From: Candidatus Babelota bacterium
GTDB taxonomy: Bacteria > Babelota > Babeliae > Babelales > Vermiphilaceae
Reading direction: 5' to 3'
NCBI GenBank assembly: GCA_039809905.1
Contig: JBDHVY010000001.1
Location: 780,001-812,000, forward strand
Length of the DNA: 32,000 bases
Made by a program: the position numbers and the translations under genes
The notes under the pieces: generated by a model
The model's database searches: none
The model's input: only the letters and a program-made list of their open reading frames with translations
Told to the model about the DNA's origin: nothing
In this document: positions 16,471 to 25,625 of the stretch, one piece after another
Layout: the number at the start of each line of letters is the position of its first letter
Position numbering within the stretch: the first letter of the stretch is position 1

Positions 16471-16540
16471 ACAAGAAAAAATACCGCAAGATATTGTAAG
16501 ATATTGTTTGAATGTTCTTTTTACAACTATAACAATCTAA
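16471..16540 (+). pseudogene. Remnant of a third WD40-paralog 3' end
   Basis: 16471-16504 (ACAAGAAAAAATACCGCAAGATATTGTAAGATAT) is identical to 13965-13998 and 15157-15190. In that frame it reads QEKIPQDIVRYCLNVLFTTITI* to a TAA at 16538-16540. No upstream coding body remains. Confidence 0.6.
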
Positions 16541-16610
16541 AATTTTTCTATACTATTGTGTATTCAAGAATTTTGTTAAACTACCTAAATACAATTTTTT
16601 AGGAGTATTT

Positions 16611-16817
16611 ATGGCGATGAATTCAAATCATGTTTTAGGTCTTTTGTGTATGATTGCAGGAGTTGCAATTATTGTTGTTGCAGTTGGTGATTTATTGCTT
16701 CGTATTATTATAGCGCTTATTGCGCTATCTTTGATTAACTATGGATTAAGTCTTCGTGGTTTACCACCATTGCAAAGATTGATCCCCTTAATGATGCATA
16801 GAAATCGTTGGTTTTAA
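16611..16817 (+). CDS. Small two-helix membrane protein
   Basis: 68-aa ORF with AGGAG 7 nt upstream and two hydrophobic stretches. It lies immediately upstream of the MscS-family gene. Confidence 0.55.
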   Translation: MAMNSNHVLGLLCMIAGVAIIVVAVGDLLLRIIIALIALSLINYGLSLRGLPPLQRLIPLMMHRNRWF

Positions 16818-16847
16818 TTTTTTTACTTGTATTGCTTGGATTTATTT

Positions 16848-17639
16848 ATGGATAGTGTTGTTTTGATGATGTATGCGGCAAGTTTGGTACGTATTGCTTT
16901 GCTTGTTGTAATAGGTGTTCCCGTACTCAGTTGGTGTAGAACAAGATTATTGAATGTTTGCTTCCAACGCTTTTCTCATCATAGCTGTGTGTTGCTGGGA
17001 CGTGTTATTTTTTATAGCGGTGTAATACTGATTGTTGTTGCCATCTTGCATGAACTTGGTTTTAATATAACGGCGTTGCTAGGGGTTGCCGGAGTTTTTG
17101 GTTTTGCCGTTGGTTTTGCATCGCAAACAAGTATTTCTAATATTATTAGCGGATTTTTTTTGGTGCTTGAGCGGCCATTTTCAATGGGCGATATCATTAA
17201 AAGTGGGGATGTTATTGGAGTTGTTGAATCAATCAATTTACTTTCGCTCAATGTTCGTACACTTGATAACAAATTAGTACGATTACCCAATGAAACGGTA
17301 TTAAAAAATAGCTTGGTAAATGTAACGTATTATCCAACTAAAAGAATTGATTTTGTGCTTTCAGTTCCTTACACCTCAGATACTCAACAAGTTATAACAC
17401 AGGTTTTTGATGTTGTTAAAAACAATAAATTATTCTTACAAGAACCAGTTCCAACAGTGACGATGCAAAAAATAGCGCAGCATGATTATGATACAGAAAC
17501 AAGAAATTTTTTTACTATTCGCGTATGGGTTGCTAAGGAATATTTTTCATCAGCACCGGGTATTTTAATGCAACAATTAAAAGATCAGTTTGATAAAACA
17601 GATTGTATGATAACTATTGCTCATGCAAATCCGAACTAA
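16848..17639 (+). CDS. MscS-family mechanosensitive ion channel
   Basis: FAVGFASQTSISNIISGFFLVLERPFSMGDIIKSGDVIGVVESINLLSLNVRTLDNKLVRLPN is the canonical MscS TM3/beta-domain signature. The first ATG is at 16848; the ORF track begins at TTG 16827. Confidence 0.85.
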   Translation: MDSVVLMMYAASLVRIALLVVIGVPVLSWCRTRLLNVCFQRFSHHSCVLLGRVIFYSGVILIVVAILHELGFNITALLGVAGVFGFAVGFASQTSISNIISGFFLVLERPFSMGDIIKSGDVIGVVESINLLSLNVRTLDNKLVRLPNETVLKNSLVNVTYYPTKRIDFVLSVPYTSDTQQVITQVFDVVKNNKLFLQEPVPTVTMQKIAQHDYDTETRNFFTIRVWVAKEYFSSAPGILMQQLKDQFDKTDCMITIAHANPN

Positions 17640-17750
17640 TATAATTGACATGCAAGTGTAAATTGGGGTGTAAGTTGTTGCAATTTTTTTTTCAAGTGTG
17701 ATTAGATAATATCCATGTCAGTGCTAATATGTAAAAAAAGGAGTGAGAAG

Positions 17751-18521
17751 ATGAATGAACGGAAATGTTTTACTTTAGATGCCATAAAATTTGCAGTAAG
17801 ATCGCTTATTGACCAAGTGCGCTTATTTGTTTTTGTATTGCTTGCTGGATCAGGCGTTATGGCTTTAGTGGTGGCGCTTTTGGCTCTTTTGAATAAAAGC
17901 TTCATTCAATCTATTTTAGGATCGCAAGCACTTAGAGATTATCAAGAATGCGTTGGTTATAATTGTGCTACCGTAGCATATCAATCTGGTGCTACAATAA
18001 TGGGCTTTGTCACCTCAAGTTTTTTTTCATTACTTATTTCTTTTATAGTCTTAGTTCTTTTTTTTGTTGGTTTAGATTTAGGATTTAGAAAAATTGCATT
18101 ACATATTCATGATGATAAACCAAGTTCGTGGAAAGAATTATTTTCATCTTTCAGCTTAGCGCCAAAAGCATTGATTGGATGGGTTTTATATTGTGTAATG
18201 GTATGGGTTGGTTGGTTGTTATTAATACTTCCAGGATTTATAGCATTGCTTCGTTTTGGATTTTTCCCGTACTTTATTGTTGATAAAAATATGGGTCCAA
18301 TTGATGCGCTTAAACACAGTTATGAAGCAACGCAACATCATATGTGGGAAATATTTGCATTTTGGGTTGCAATGAAAATAGTGATATCTCTTGGTTTTGT
18401 TAGTTGGTTGGGTGTTCTGATTACATGGCCTCTTTGCACGCTTGCATATGCATGTTTTTATCGTGCATTGCTTGGCGATAAAACAGGGCATCATATGTAT
18501 AATGAAGGCAAAATGTATTAA
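17751..18521 (+). CDS. Multi-pass integral membrane protein (DUF975-like topology, function unknown)
   Basis: AAGGAG lies 7 nt before ATG 17751. There are several long hydrophobic segments. The family assignment is an impression only. Confidence 0.5.
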   Translation: MNERKCFTLDAIKFAVRSLIDQVRLFVFVLLAGSGVMALVVALLALLNKSFIQSILGSQALRDYQECVGYNCATVAYQSGATIMGFVTSSFFSLLISFIVLVLFFVGLDLGFRKIALHIHDDKPSSWKELFSSFSLAPKALIGWVLYCVMVWVGWLLLILPGFIALLRFGFFPYFIVDKNMGPIDALKHSYEATQHHMWEIFAFWVAMKIVISLGFVSWLGVLITWPLCTLAYACFYRALLGDKTGHHMYNEGKMY

Positions 18522-18563
18522 TTTTAGCCCCCATGCTCAATACTTTTATACATCTTTCTTTAG

Positions 18564-18590
18564 CCCCGCTTTGTATATTACAGAGTGGGG
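18564..18590 (+). terminator. Hairpin between convergent genes, likely a terminator
   Basis: CCCCGCTTT (18564-18572) pairs with AGAGTGGGG (18582-18590), including 2 G:U pairs, across a 9-nt loop, followed by TAAGTTTTT. It lies 43 nt after the + gene stop and 8 nt from the mutL stop. Confidence 0.45.
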
Positions 18591-18597
18591 TAAGTTT

Positions 18598-20547
18598 TTA
18601 TAATCGCCTTCGAAACTTCTTTTCAATTTCAGGTAATGATAAAAGCCATCCCGTAGGACGTCCGTGAGGGCATGAAAAACGATTCGGAGTTTTTTCTAGA
18701 TCTGATAATAATTGATTCATCTTTTCTTGTGTAAGAATATCGCCGGCTTTGACAGCAGCTTTACACGCCATTTGTGCTTGTAGTTTATGATTGATTGTTT
18801 TTTTAAATTCATTTGCATCAAGCGATTGGCACTCAATGATCCAGGAAATTGCTTCTTTAATAATATCGGTAAGAGATTCATTTTTTAAGTGCACGGGAAG
18901 TGATTGGATAATCAATTGATCACTTGCGCACTGTTCTATCAAGATGCCGTGTTGAATAAATATATCAAGATGTGGAATTATGGTATCCATATCGTTACTA
19001 TTGAGTGTGATGATATGAGGAAAAAGCAATTGAATTGTTGCAACTTCATGAAAACGTTGTGAAAATAACTCATACAAAATACGTTCATGTGCTGCGTGTT
19101 GATCTACTAAAAATAATCCGTCTTCTTTTTCAACCAACAAGTATGTATTATTGTATTGGCCGATAAGACGTCCTTGTTCCTGGCTTGGCAGGGCAAAAGT
19201 TGGTTGATCATAGGTTTCTAATTTAGTTTCATGTGAAGAGATATTTGTGTTTGTATCCTTTAACCCCCAGCTTCGTTTGTCTTCGCCGAGGTCACTCGGT
19301 GAGGGAAATAGGAGGGTGTCGCTCATTACAAATGGGTTCTGGATGTTCGATTCTGATTGTTGCAATTCTTTGCGCTCATCCTGGACTTGTTGAAAGATAA
19401 AGCGCTCTGATTGTTCAATCTTATTTTTCCCGTTCGCATTGAGCGTGTCGAAATGAGTGAATGTTCCAAAAGTAGGTTCGAATGGCTTAAAATTCTGCAT
19501 CTGTTCTGCATAAATGTTTTGTTCTGATTTAAATGTTACATCCTTTTTCAAATGCTTCGATAAATTATCTTCTAAAGCTTTTTTTACGGTTTGTTGCATT
19601 ATCTGTTCCACGCGGCGTGGATGAAGAAATTTAACTTCTTCTTTGCGAGGATGAATATTAATATCAACTTCATGCGTAGGTATGGTAATATGTATGATGC
19701 CAATCGGATATCGGCCATTAGGTATAACGTTTGCATATCCTTTGATAAGTGCGCTGCTTAAATGCTGATTTTTTACCCATCGTTTATTAACAAAAAAATA
19801 AATATTGCTGCGATCATAGCGGTAATTCTGATGATCAGAAATAATAGCATGCAATGAAATATCGCCTGTTACTGATGTTTCAAGAAGATGTTTGTGCATG
19901 GCAGGTTCAAAAAGTTGTAATGCACGGTTTTTTACATTAGCGCTGATGGGGCAATTATGAATCTGTTTGCCTTCAGAAAATAAAGTAAAATGAATATGGG
20001 GATAATCAAAACAAAAAGCGTTAAAAAGAAGCTGAATAGCGCGCCATTCGGTTTGTGTTGCTTTTAAAAATTTTTTACGAGCAGGAACATTAAAAAATAA
20101 ATCGATAATGCTGATATCAGTTCCTGTTGCACACGCAGCTGAACTAATCTGCATTGTTGTATTAGGTTCACTTATAATACATGTTCCTTCCACGTTCTGT
20201 TCTTCTTTTGTCAGCAAGTTAATTTTACTGACTGATGCAATGCTTGCAAGAGCTTCACCACGAAACCCAAAGGTATCAACAGTTTGTAATTCATCAACAG
20301 AAGTGATTTTGCTTGTTGCATGCCGATCAAAACATTTTTGTGCGTCGATAGTATCCATGCCACACCCATTATCAACAACACGAATTAATTGTTTTCCGCC
20401 ATCTTCTATGTAGATGGTAATACGTGTTGCATGAGCATCAATGGAGTTTTCAACTAATTCTTTTACGATGTTTGCAGGGCGTTCAACAACTTCTCCCGCT
20501 GCAATTTTTTGTGCTTCATGTGCTGATAATTGTTTTATTTTAGGCAT
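18598..20547 (-). CDS. mutL: DNA mismatch repair protein MutL (endonuclease-type)
   Basis: GHKL ATPase motifs AGEVVERPANIVKELVENSIDA and VDNGCGM. C-terminal endonuclease motif DQHAAHERILYE and CPHGRP. Confidence 0.95.
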   Translation of the reverse strand: MPKIKQLSAHEAQKIAAGEVVERPANIVKELVENSIDAHATRITIYIEDGGKQLIRVVDNGCGMDTIDAQKCFDRHATSKITSVDELQTVDTFGFRGEALASIASVSKINLLTKEEQNVEGTCIISEPNTTMQISSAACATGTDISIIDLFFNVPARKKFLKATQTEWRAIQLLFNAFCFDYPHIHFTLFSEGKQIHNCPISANVKNRALQLFEPAMHKHLLETSVTGDISLHAIISDHQNYRYDRSNIYFFVNKRWVKNQHLSSALIKGYANVIPNGRYPIGIIHITIPTHEVDINIHPRKEEVKFLHPRRVEQIMQQTVKKALEDNLSKHLKKDVTFKSEQNIYAEQMQNFKPFEPTFGTFTHFDTLNANGKNKIEQSERFIFQQVQDERKELQQSESNIQNPFVMSDTLLFPSPSDLGEDKRSWGLKDTNTNISSHETKLETYDQPTFALPSQEQGRLIGQYNNTYLLVEKEDGLFLVDQHAAHERILYELFSQRFHEVATIQLLFPHIITLNSNDMDTIIPHLDIFIQHGILIEQCASDQLIIQSLPVHLKNESLTDIIKEAISWIIECQSLDANEFKKTINHKLQAQMACKAAVKAGDILTQEKMNQLLSDLEKTPNRFSCPHGRPTGWLLSLPEIEKKFRRRL

Positions 20548-20604
20548 GGTGTTTTCAAAAGTTAAGGTAACATATTAATTATTTTTCATCATATCACATT
20601 TTGT

Positions 20605-20668
20605 TATATACGAATAAAAAAAATAACCCCCACTTAATGGTAGGGGTTATTTTTTTATTTCGTATATA
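20605..20668. terminator. Long palindromic, bidirectional-looking terminator
   Basis: TATATACGAATAAAAAAAATAACCCC / loop cacttaatggta / GGGGTTATTTTTTTATTTCGTATATA. Arms of ~26 nt differ by a 1-nt shift. A/T runs flank both sides. It lies downstream of the - strand ORF 20758-21081. Confidence 0.7.
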
Positions 20669-20757
20669 TTTTTTCTGTGCTGCCTTTGAGAATTGCAGCA
20701 TGATTTTCTGGTGCGATTTATCGAGCTGATTTTCTGTGAATCTGTTTTAGTCAGTTA

Positions 20758-21081
20758 CTATGATTTTTGATAAGGAAACTTCTTTTTTAGGTCTTGTAAA
20801 TCTTTAGCTTGTTCTGCTTTTAGCTGTTGTAGTGTTTCTGGTGAATATGCCTCAGCTAAGAAATTCAGACGCTCAATATCGGAGTTTATTTCTAATGCTT
20901 GAACTAGTACTAGAGTATTAAAGTCTTGAAACTGTTGGATATGTTTTTGCTTTAAAGCGTTTTTTTGTTCTTTATAGTCGTTTGCATGAAGGTGATTTTT
21001 CGGAAATCCAAGATCCATCGCATAAGTATTGTAACTTAGTATTAGCAGACTAAGGTAAAAAACATGTTTTATAGTATTCAT
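20758..21081 (-). CDS. Small secreted protein, unknown function
   Basis: 107-aa ORF with signal-like MNTIKHVFYLSLLILSYNTYA, then a charged helical sequence. A terminator lies downstream. Confidence 0.5.
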   Translation of the reverse strand: MNTIKHVFYLSLLILSYNTYAMDLGFPKNHLHANDYKEQKNALKQKHIQQFQDFNTLVLVQALEINSDIERLNFLAEAYSPETLQQLKAEQAKDLQDLKKKFPYQKS

Positions 21082-21322
21082 ATGGCCTCGTTTTTATTAT
21101 TATTTTTATACTGATCTTATCTGTCATGATAATACAATTTGAAAAAAAGTCAAAATATTGAATTAAGGGAGCTTTTTTGATACAAAATTTTCATGGGAAG
21201 CGACATTTGTGGGTGTTTTGTGGCATCAGGAGTATTCGGCAGAAAAAAAAGATTTTTTGCCTTTAAATGTAAAAATCTTCATTCTTAGTAGAACAGAAGT
21301 CTTTTGTTATTTGAGGAATAGT

Positions 21323-21874
21323 ATGCATACACAAAATATATTATTATTAGAGCTTTTGGCTAATTATCATCCAATTGATACTGCAGAACAAGAATATAAA
21401 AAAAGAATTATTGATTTTCTTAATAATTATCCTAATGCGTTCGAGCGTTCGTTGGAAGTAGGTCATATTACTGCATCGGCATGGTTGATAAATAAAGATA
21501 ATACCAAAGCATTGTTGATGCATCATCGTAAACTGAACATTTGGGTACAACTTGGTGGCCATTGTGATGGCAATACTGATGCACTGGCTGTTGCAATAAA
21601 AGAGGCGCAAGAAGAATCAGGAATAGCGAATATACAGCAGATGAAAGCTGGTATTTTCGATATAGATATTCACCTTATTCCCGAAAATAAAAAAGAAAAA
21701 GCACATTATCATTATGATATTCGTTTTTTGCTGCAAGTTATAAGTGATGAAGATTTTGTAGCAAATGAAGAATCGAACGCGTTGGCATGGATTGATAAAA
21801 ATAAAGATGCATTGCCTACTCAGGAACGATCGGTAACGCGTATGTTTGATAAGTGGACTATGGTAGAGTTATAA
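21323..21874 (+). CDS. Nudix hydrolase
   Basis: Nudix box GHCDGNTDALAVAIKEAQEESGI, with K for R and T for the first E. GAGGA lies 6 nt before ATG 21323; the ORF-track GTG at 21209 is probably an over-extension. Confidence 0.75.
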   Translation: MHTQNILLLELLANYHPIDTAEQEYKKRIIDFLNNYPNAFERSLEVGHITASAWLINKDNTKALLMHHRKLNIWVQLGGHCDGNTDALAVAIKEAQEESGIANIQQMKAGIFDIDIHLIPENKKEKAHYHYDIRFLLQVISDEDFVANEESNALAWIDKNKDALPTQERSVTRMFDKWTMVEL

Positions 21875-21893
21875 AAATAATTCTACCATAGTC
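21856..21893. terminator. Hairpin between convergent genes
   Basis: GACTATGGTAGA (21856-21867) / TCTACCATAGTC (21882-21893), a perfect 12-bp stem overlapping the Nudix stop codon. Confidence 0.55.
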
Positions 21894-21923
21894 GATAAAG
21901 TTCATAAGAATATGAAACAATTT

Positions 21924-22325
21924 TTATACAGCACGATACCGAGGTTGAGTTTCTTGTATTGTTTTTACAAGAGCATACCTTTCTTGGCGATCACCTGCAG
22001 GAGCCCCAGAATTCCAGCTCAATACACCAAAGCTTGAAACGGCTAGCCCACTGCAAGCTGTAAAAACATTGTTTTGCAAGCTTGGATTATCTTTACCAAT
22101 ACCCAATGAAATAACCATTCCGACGACACTTGCAACAGTAACCACCGTAGCCATTTGCGATACTGTCCATTGATTATCCATGCTCTCTAATGCTTGTTGC
22201 GCGATTTTCATTTTAGCTAATGCAAATTTTTCTGGATTTTGATCAAGATTTATCTTTTCGGAACTTTCGCTGTAAGAATTAACGAAATTAATCGCTAAAA
22301 TTATCGCAAGAAAATTTTTGTACAT
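21924..22325 (-). CDS. Small signal-peptide/membrane protein, unknown function
   Basis: 133-aa ORF with N-terminal MYKNFLAIILAINFVNS and an internal hydrophobic segment MATVVTVASVVGMVISLGIG. Confidence 0.5.
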   Translation of the reverse strand: MYKNFLAIILAINFVNSYSESSEKINLDQNPEKFALAKMKIAQQALESMDNQWTVSQMATVVTVASVVGMVISLGIGKDNPSLQNNVFTACSGLAVSSFGVLSWNSGAPAGDRQERYALVKTIQETQPRYRAV

Positions 22326-22519
22326 TCTTATGCCTTTTGTAGTATTAAAAAATAAATGTTTATTTACTTTAAATTAGTGTAGATATTAAAAATTTTTTCT
22401 CAAATAATATAATTTTTTTTTGAAGCGATATGTTTAAGTGTGTTTTTTGATGATTATGATACGATGAAAAGCATTATTAATAAATAACTAATATCGATAT
22501 ATAAAAAAATTGGCATGTT

Positions 22520-23935
22520 ATGAAAAATGTAACAATAATTCTTTTTGGTGCAACGGGAGATTTAAGCAAACGCAAAATAATACCAGCATTATATCGTTTT
22601 GTGGCACACAATAAATTAGAAAATTTTGCTATTGTTGGAGCAGCATTTGATGATGTTGCCGCTGAAGATATGATAAATGGGGCGCAGCCATTCGTTGAAA
22701 ATGGTGATGAAAAAATATGGAATCTGTTGCGTAACAATAGTTTTTATAAAAAAATTAATTTTACTGAACATGCTCACTATCAAAACTTATATACTTTTGT
22801 GCAGGATTGTGAGCGTAGTAGGGGCATGGATGAGCAAGGATTAAATCGGTTATTTTATTTAGCAACAGCGGCATCTTTTTTTTGTCCTATTACCCATAAG
22901 TGTGCAGATGTTGGCTTATTGCAGCGTAAAGATGCCCGAGATAATGGCTGGCATAGAGTTGTGTATGAAAAACCATTTGGATATGATTTAAAATCAGCAC
23001 GAGAAATTAATGAATGTATTAAAAATACTATTAATGAAACACAAGTTTATCGTATTGACCATTATCTTACCAAAGAAGTAGTCAGTAATATTGCCATGAT
23101 TCGTTTTACCAATTGTGTATTGGAACCATTATGGTCAAACAGATATATCGATCAAGTACAAATTGTTTTAAGCGAAAGTGGTGGAGTTGAAGGTCGTGGA
23201 ATGTATTATGATACTGCCGGTGCACTGCGCGATATTGTACAAAATCATATATTAGAGATGCTTGCTCTATTATGCATGGAATCTCCTGAAAAATTAACGG
23301 GTGATTATATCCGTGCACAGCGCGTTAATGTGTTAGAAAAAGTACGTTTTATTGATGGTATTTTAGGGCAGTATGATGGTTATTTATCCGAAAAACACGT
23401 GAGTGAAAATTCACGAACTGATACATATGCATCATTAAAGCTTGCAGTTGATACTCCGCGCTGGTTGGGTGTGCCGTTTTACGTAAAGACGGGTAAGTGT
23501 TTAGATAAAAAAGAAACAATTATTCATATTAAATTCAAGCAAGTTGATTGTTTGCTTATGCGCGGATGTCCTACTGATTCTAATTGGTTAACTCTACAAA
23601 TTTCTCCTGAGGCAATATTTTCATTAACACTGAATGCAAAAGTGCCGGGAACGCCTGATCAGGTGATGCCCGTTGAAATGGAATTTTGTCATAGTTGTAT
23701 TTATGGATTACAAACACCAGAAGCATACGAAGTATTGATTGAAGAAGTGATGCGGGGAGAACAATCGATTTCTGTTAGATTTGATGAAATTGAATACGCA
23801 TGGAAATTGATTGATACAATTATTGCACAAAAATTACCGGTATATCGATACACTCAAGGATCTACTGGGCCACAAGAAGAGAAGCAATTTGTTGCTAAGC
23901 ATGGGATAGCAAAAGTTGCTACAGTGAAGCGATAG
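22520..23935 (+). CDS. zwf: Glucose-6-phosphate 1-dehydrogenase
   Basis: NADP-binding ILFGATGDLSKRKIIPALY, active-site peptide RIDHYLTKE and the later QNHILEMLAL motif. Confidence 0.95.
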   Translation: MKNVTIILFGATGDLSKRKIIPALYRFVAHNKLENFAIVGAAFDDVAAEDMINGAQPFVENGDEKIWNLLRNNSFYKKINFTEHAHYQNLYTFVQDCERSRGMDEQGLNRLFYLATAASFFCPITHKCADVGLLQRKDARDNGWHRVVYEKPFGYDLKSAREINECIKNTINETQVYRIDHYLTKEVVSNIAMIRFTNCVLEPLWSNRYIDQVQIVLSESGGVEGRGMYYDTAGALRDIVQNHILEMLALLCMESPEKLTGDYIRAQRVNVLEKVRFIDGILGQYDGYLSEKHVSENSRTDTYASLKLAVDTPRWLGVPFYVKTGKCLDKKETIIHIKFKQVDCLLMRGCPTDSNWLTLQISPEAIFSLTLNAKVPGTPDQVMPVEMEFCHSCIYGLQTPEAYEVLIEEVMRGEQSISVRFDEIEYAWKLIDTIIAQKLPVYRYTQGSTGPQEEKQFVAKHGIAKVATVKR

Positions 23936-23969
23936 TTTGTAAAAATAGAGATTAAAAAACTTTTTTAAT

Positions 23970-24002
23970 GGGTCCCTAGTCGGAATAAAATAAAGACTGG
24001 GG
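23970..24002 (+). promoter_or_regulatory. Conserved hairpin motif, copy 4 (zwf-gnd intercistronic; 3' arm is the only SD-like run before gnd)
   Basis: GGG 23970-23972, T, CCCTAGTC 23974-23981, loop ggaataaaataaa 23982-23994, GACTGGGG 23995-24002. The gnd ATG is at 24012. Confidence 0.6.
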
Positions 24003-24011
24003 TTAAATGGT

Positions 24012-24932
24012 ATGGCGAACCTAAAAAAAATAAAATTTGCATTAGTGGGTTTAGGGAAAATGGGGCAAGCGCTTGCGTATCGTGCATTGCAAGCAGGTCA
24101 TGAAGTTTTTGGTTTTGATTTAAATGCTGATAACTGTGCTATTGCTGAACAAGCGGGTGTGCACATTGTCAAAAACATTGCTGATTTTGTGCACCATGAC
24201 ATTCATATTTTTTGGTTGCTGGTACCGCAAGGGCCTATTGTAGATACGGTTATTGCGCAATTGCAACCATTTCTGAATGCTGGAGATATTATTATTGATG
24301 GAGGCAATAGCAAATTTACTGATTCAATGAGACGTGCACAAGAGCTTGCATTACGGAGCATTTTTTTTATAGATTGTGGAACATCAGGTGGTGTGCATGG
24401 GCGTGAGAACGGTTTTTGTTTAATGGTAGGTGGACAAAAAGAAGCTTACGAAAAAATAGAACCATTATTGCAGTCTGTTGCAACACATGGTGGTTGTGCA
24501 TACGTGGGGCCTTCTGGTGCAGGGCATTATGTGAAAATGGTGCACAATGGTATAGAATACGGATTGCTGCAAGCATATGCTGAAGGGTTTCATTTACTCA
24601 AAAATGGTGAGTTTGAATCGGCGCATCTTGATCTTGAAGAAATTGCATCATTGTGGAATCATGGATCAGTTATTCGCTCATGGATTCTGGAATTAGTCGA
24701 AGATATTATGAAAGATGACCAAAATTTAGATGATATTTCAGGAAATATTGCTTCAACAGGAATGGGGCAATGGACGGTGGAAGCTGCGCATAAATCTGGT
24801 ATACCTGTTGATGTTATTGAAGAATCATTGAAAGTACGTGAATGGTCGGAAAAAACAGGGGGTAATTATGCTACTAAGGTTGTAGCAATGCTACGCAATA
24901 AATTTGGTGGGCATATGGTTACGAAAAAATAA
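24012..24932 (+). CDS. gnd: 6-phosphogluconate dehydrogenase, short (about 300 aa) decarboxylating form
   Basis: Rossmann VGLGKMGQALAYR and 6PGDH signature GAGHYVKMVHNGIEYGLLQAYAEG. Adjacent to zwf. Confidence 0.85.
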   Translation: MANLKKIKFALVGLGKMGQALAYRALQAGHEVFGFDLNADNCAIAEQAGVHIVKNIADFVHHDIHIFWLLVPQGPIVDTVIAQLQPFLNAGDIIIDGGNSKFTDSMRRAQELALRSIFFIDCGTSGGVHGRENGFCLMVGGQKEAYEKIEPLLQSVATHGGCAYVGPSGAGHYVKMVHNGIEYGLLQAYAEGFHLLKNGEFESAHLDLEEIASLWNHGSVIRSWILELVEDIMKDDQNLDDISGNIASTGMGQWTVEAAHKSGIPVDVIEESLKVREWSEKTGGNYATKVVAMLRNKFGGHMVTKK

Positions 24933-24938
24933 AGGATA

Positions 24939-25571
24939 GTGATGAAAATATTTGATATTAGTTGGCCAATTAGCAAAGCAACAACAGGATACAAAGATCG
25001 TTATATCGTTGGTATTGATGAAATAAAAAATTTCAATCGCGATGGCGTGCGAGAAACAGCTATTCATTTGAGTTCTCATTCGGGTACGCATGTTGATGCA
25101 CCATCTCATTTTTTGCGTGAAGGTAAAACTATTGATGAAATGCATCTTGATCGCTTGATTGGTGATTGTGTAGTGCTTGATATGACTACATGCGCTGAAC
25201 GCATTACACGTGATTGTTTGCTTGCGCATGATAATGAAATTGCTGAAGGCGGTATTATCCTGTTACGTACTACTAATAGTGATTTTTCTGCTACCGATAA
25301 ATTTAGTCCTCATTTTGTATATTTAGAGGCAAGTGGTGCTGCATATTTAGCAGAAAAAAAAGTAAAAGCAGTAGGTATTGATTATCTTGGTATTGAACAT
25401 AGCCAACCAGGCCATCCAACCCATGAAAATTTACTTAATGCGGATATTGTTATCGTTGAAGGATTGCGTTTACGGCATGTGCAGCCAGGAAGTTATTTTT
25501 TTGTGTGTTTGCCGCTTAATGTGATTGGTACTGAAGCAGCTCCTGCACGTGCGGTATTGATGGCGAAATAA
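24939..25571 (+). CDS. Cyclase-family protein / kynurenine formamidase-like (arylformamidase)
   Basis: HSGTHVDAPSHF matches the HxGTHxDxPxH metal-binding motif of the cyclase/KynB family. AAGGA lies upstream of the ATG. Confidence 0.75.
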   Translation: MMKIFDISWPISKATTGYKDRYIVGIDEIKNFNRDGVRETAIHLSSHSGTHVDAPSHFLREGKTIDEMHLDRLIGDCVVLDMTTCAERITRDCLLAHDNEIAEGGIILLRTTNSDFSATDKFSPHFVYLEASGAAYLAEKKVKAVGIDYLGIEHSQPGHPTHENLLNADIVIVEGLRLRHVQPGSYFFVCLPLNVIGTEAAPARAVLMAK

Positions 25572-25625
25572 AAAGATTATTGCAAAGCTAATTTATAGTA
25601 AAAATCCTTGGGCCGATGTGATTTT

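Noticed and set aside
18564-18590. Possible fifth copy of the conserved hairpin motif (TATATTACAGAGTGGGGTAA resembles TATAATAGAGATTGGGGTTA)
   Set aside because: The loop is 9 nt rather than 13, there is no upstream GGGG-T, no + strand gene follows, and it is followed by a T run between convergent genes. A plain terminator is the simpler reading.
19326-20413. Small ORFs inside or antisense to mutL (19326-19511 -, 20108-20413 +)
   Set aside because: They are embedded in a confidently identified conserved gene. Composition is typical of off-frame translation.
22477-22737. 86-aa minus-strand ORF overlapping the zwf start
   Set aside because: It lies antisense to the highly conserved zwf N-terminus, with no RBS and no recognisable motif. 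The same reasoning applies to 23106-23318 and 24367-24576.
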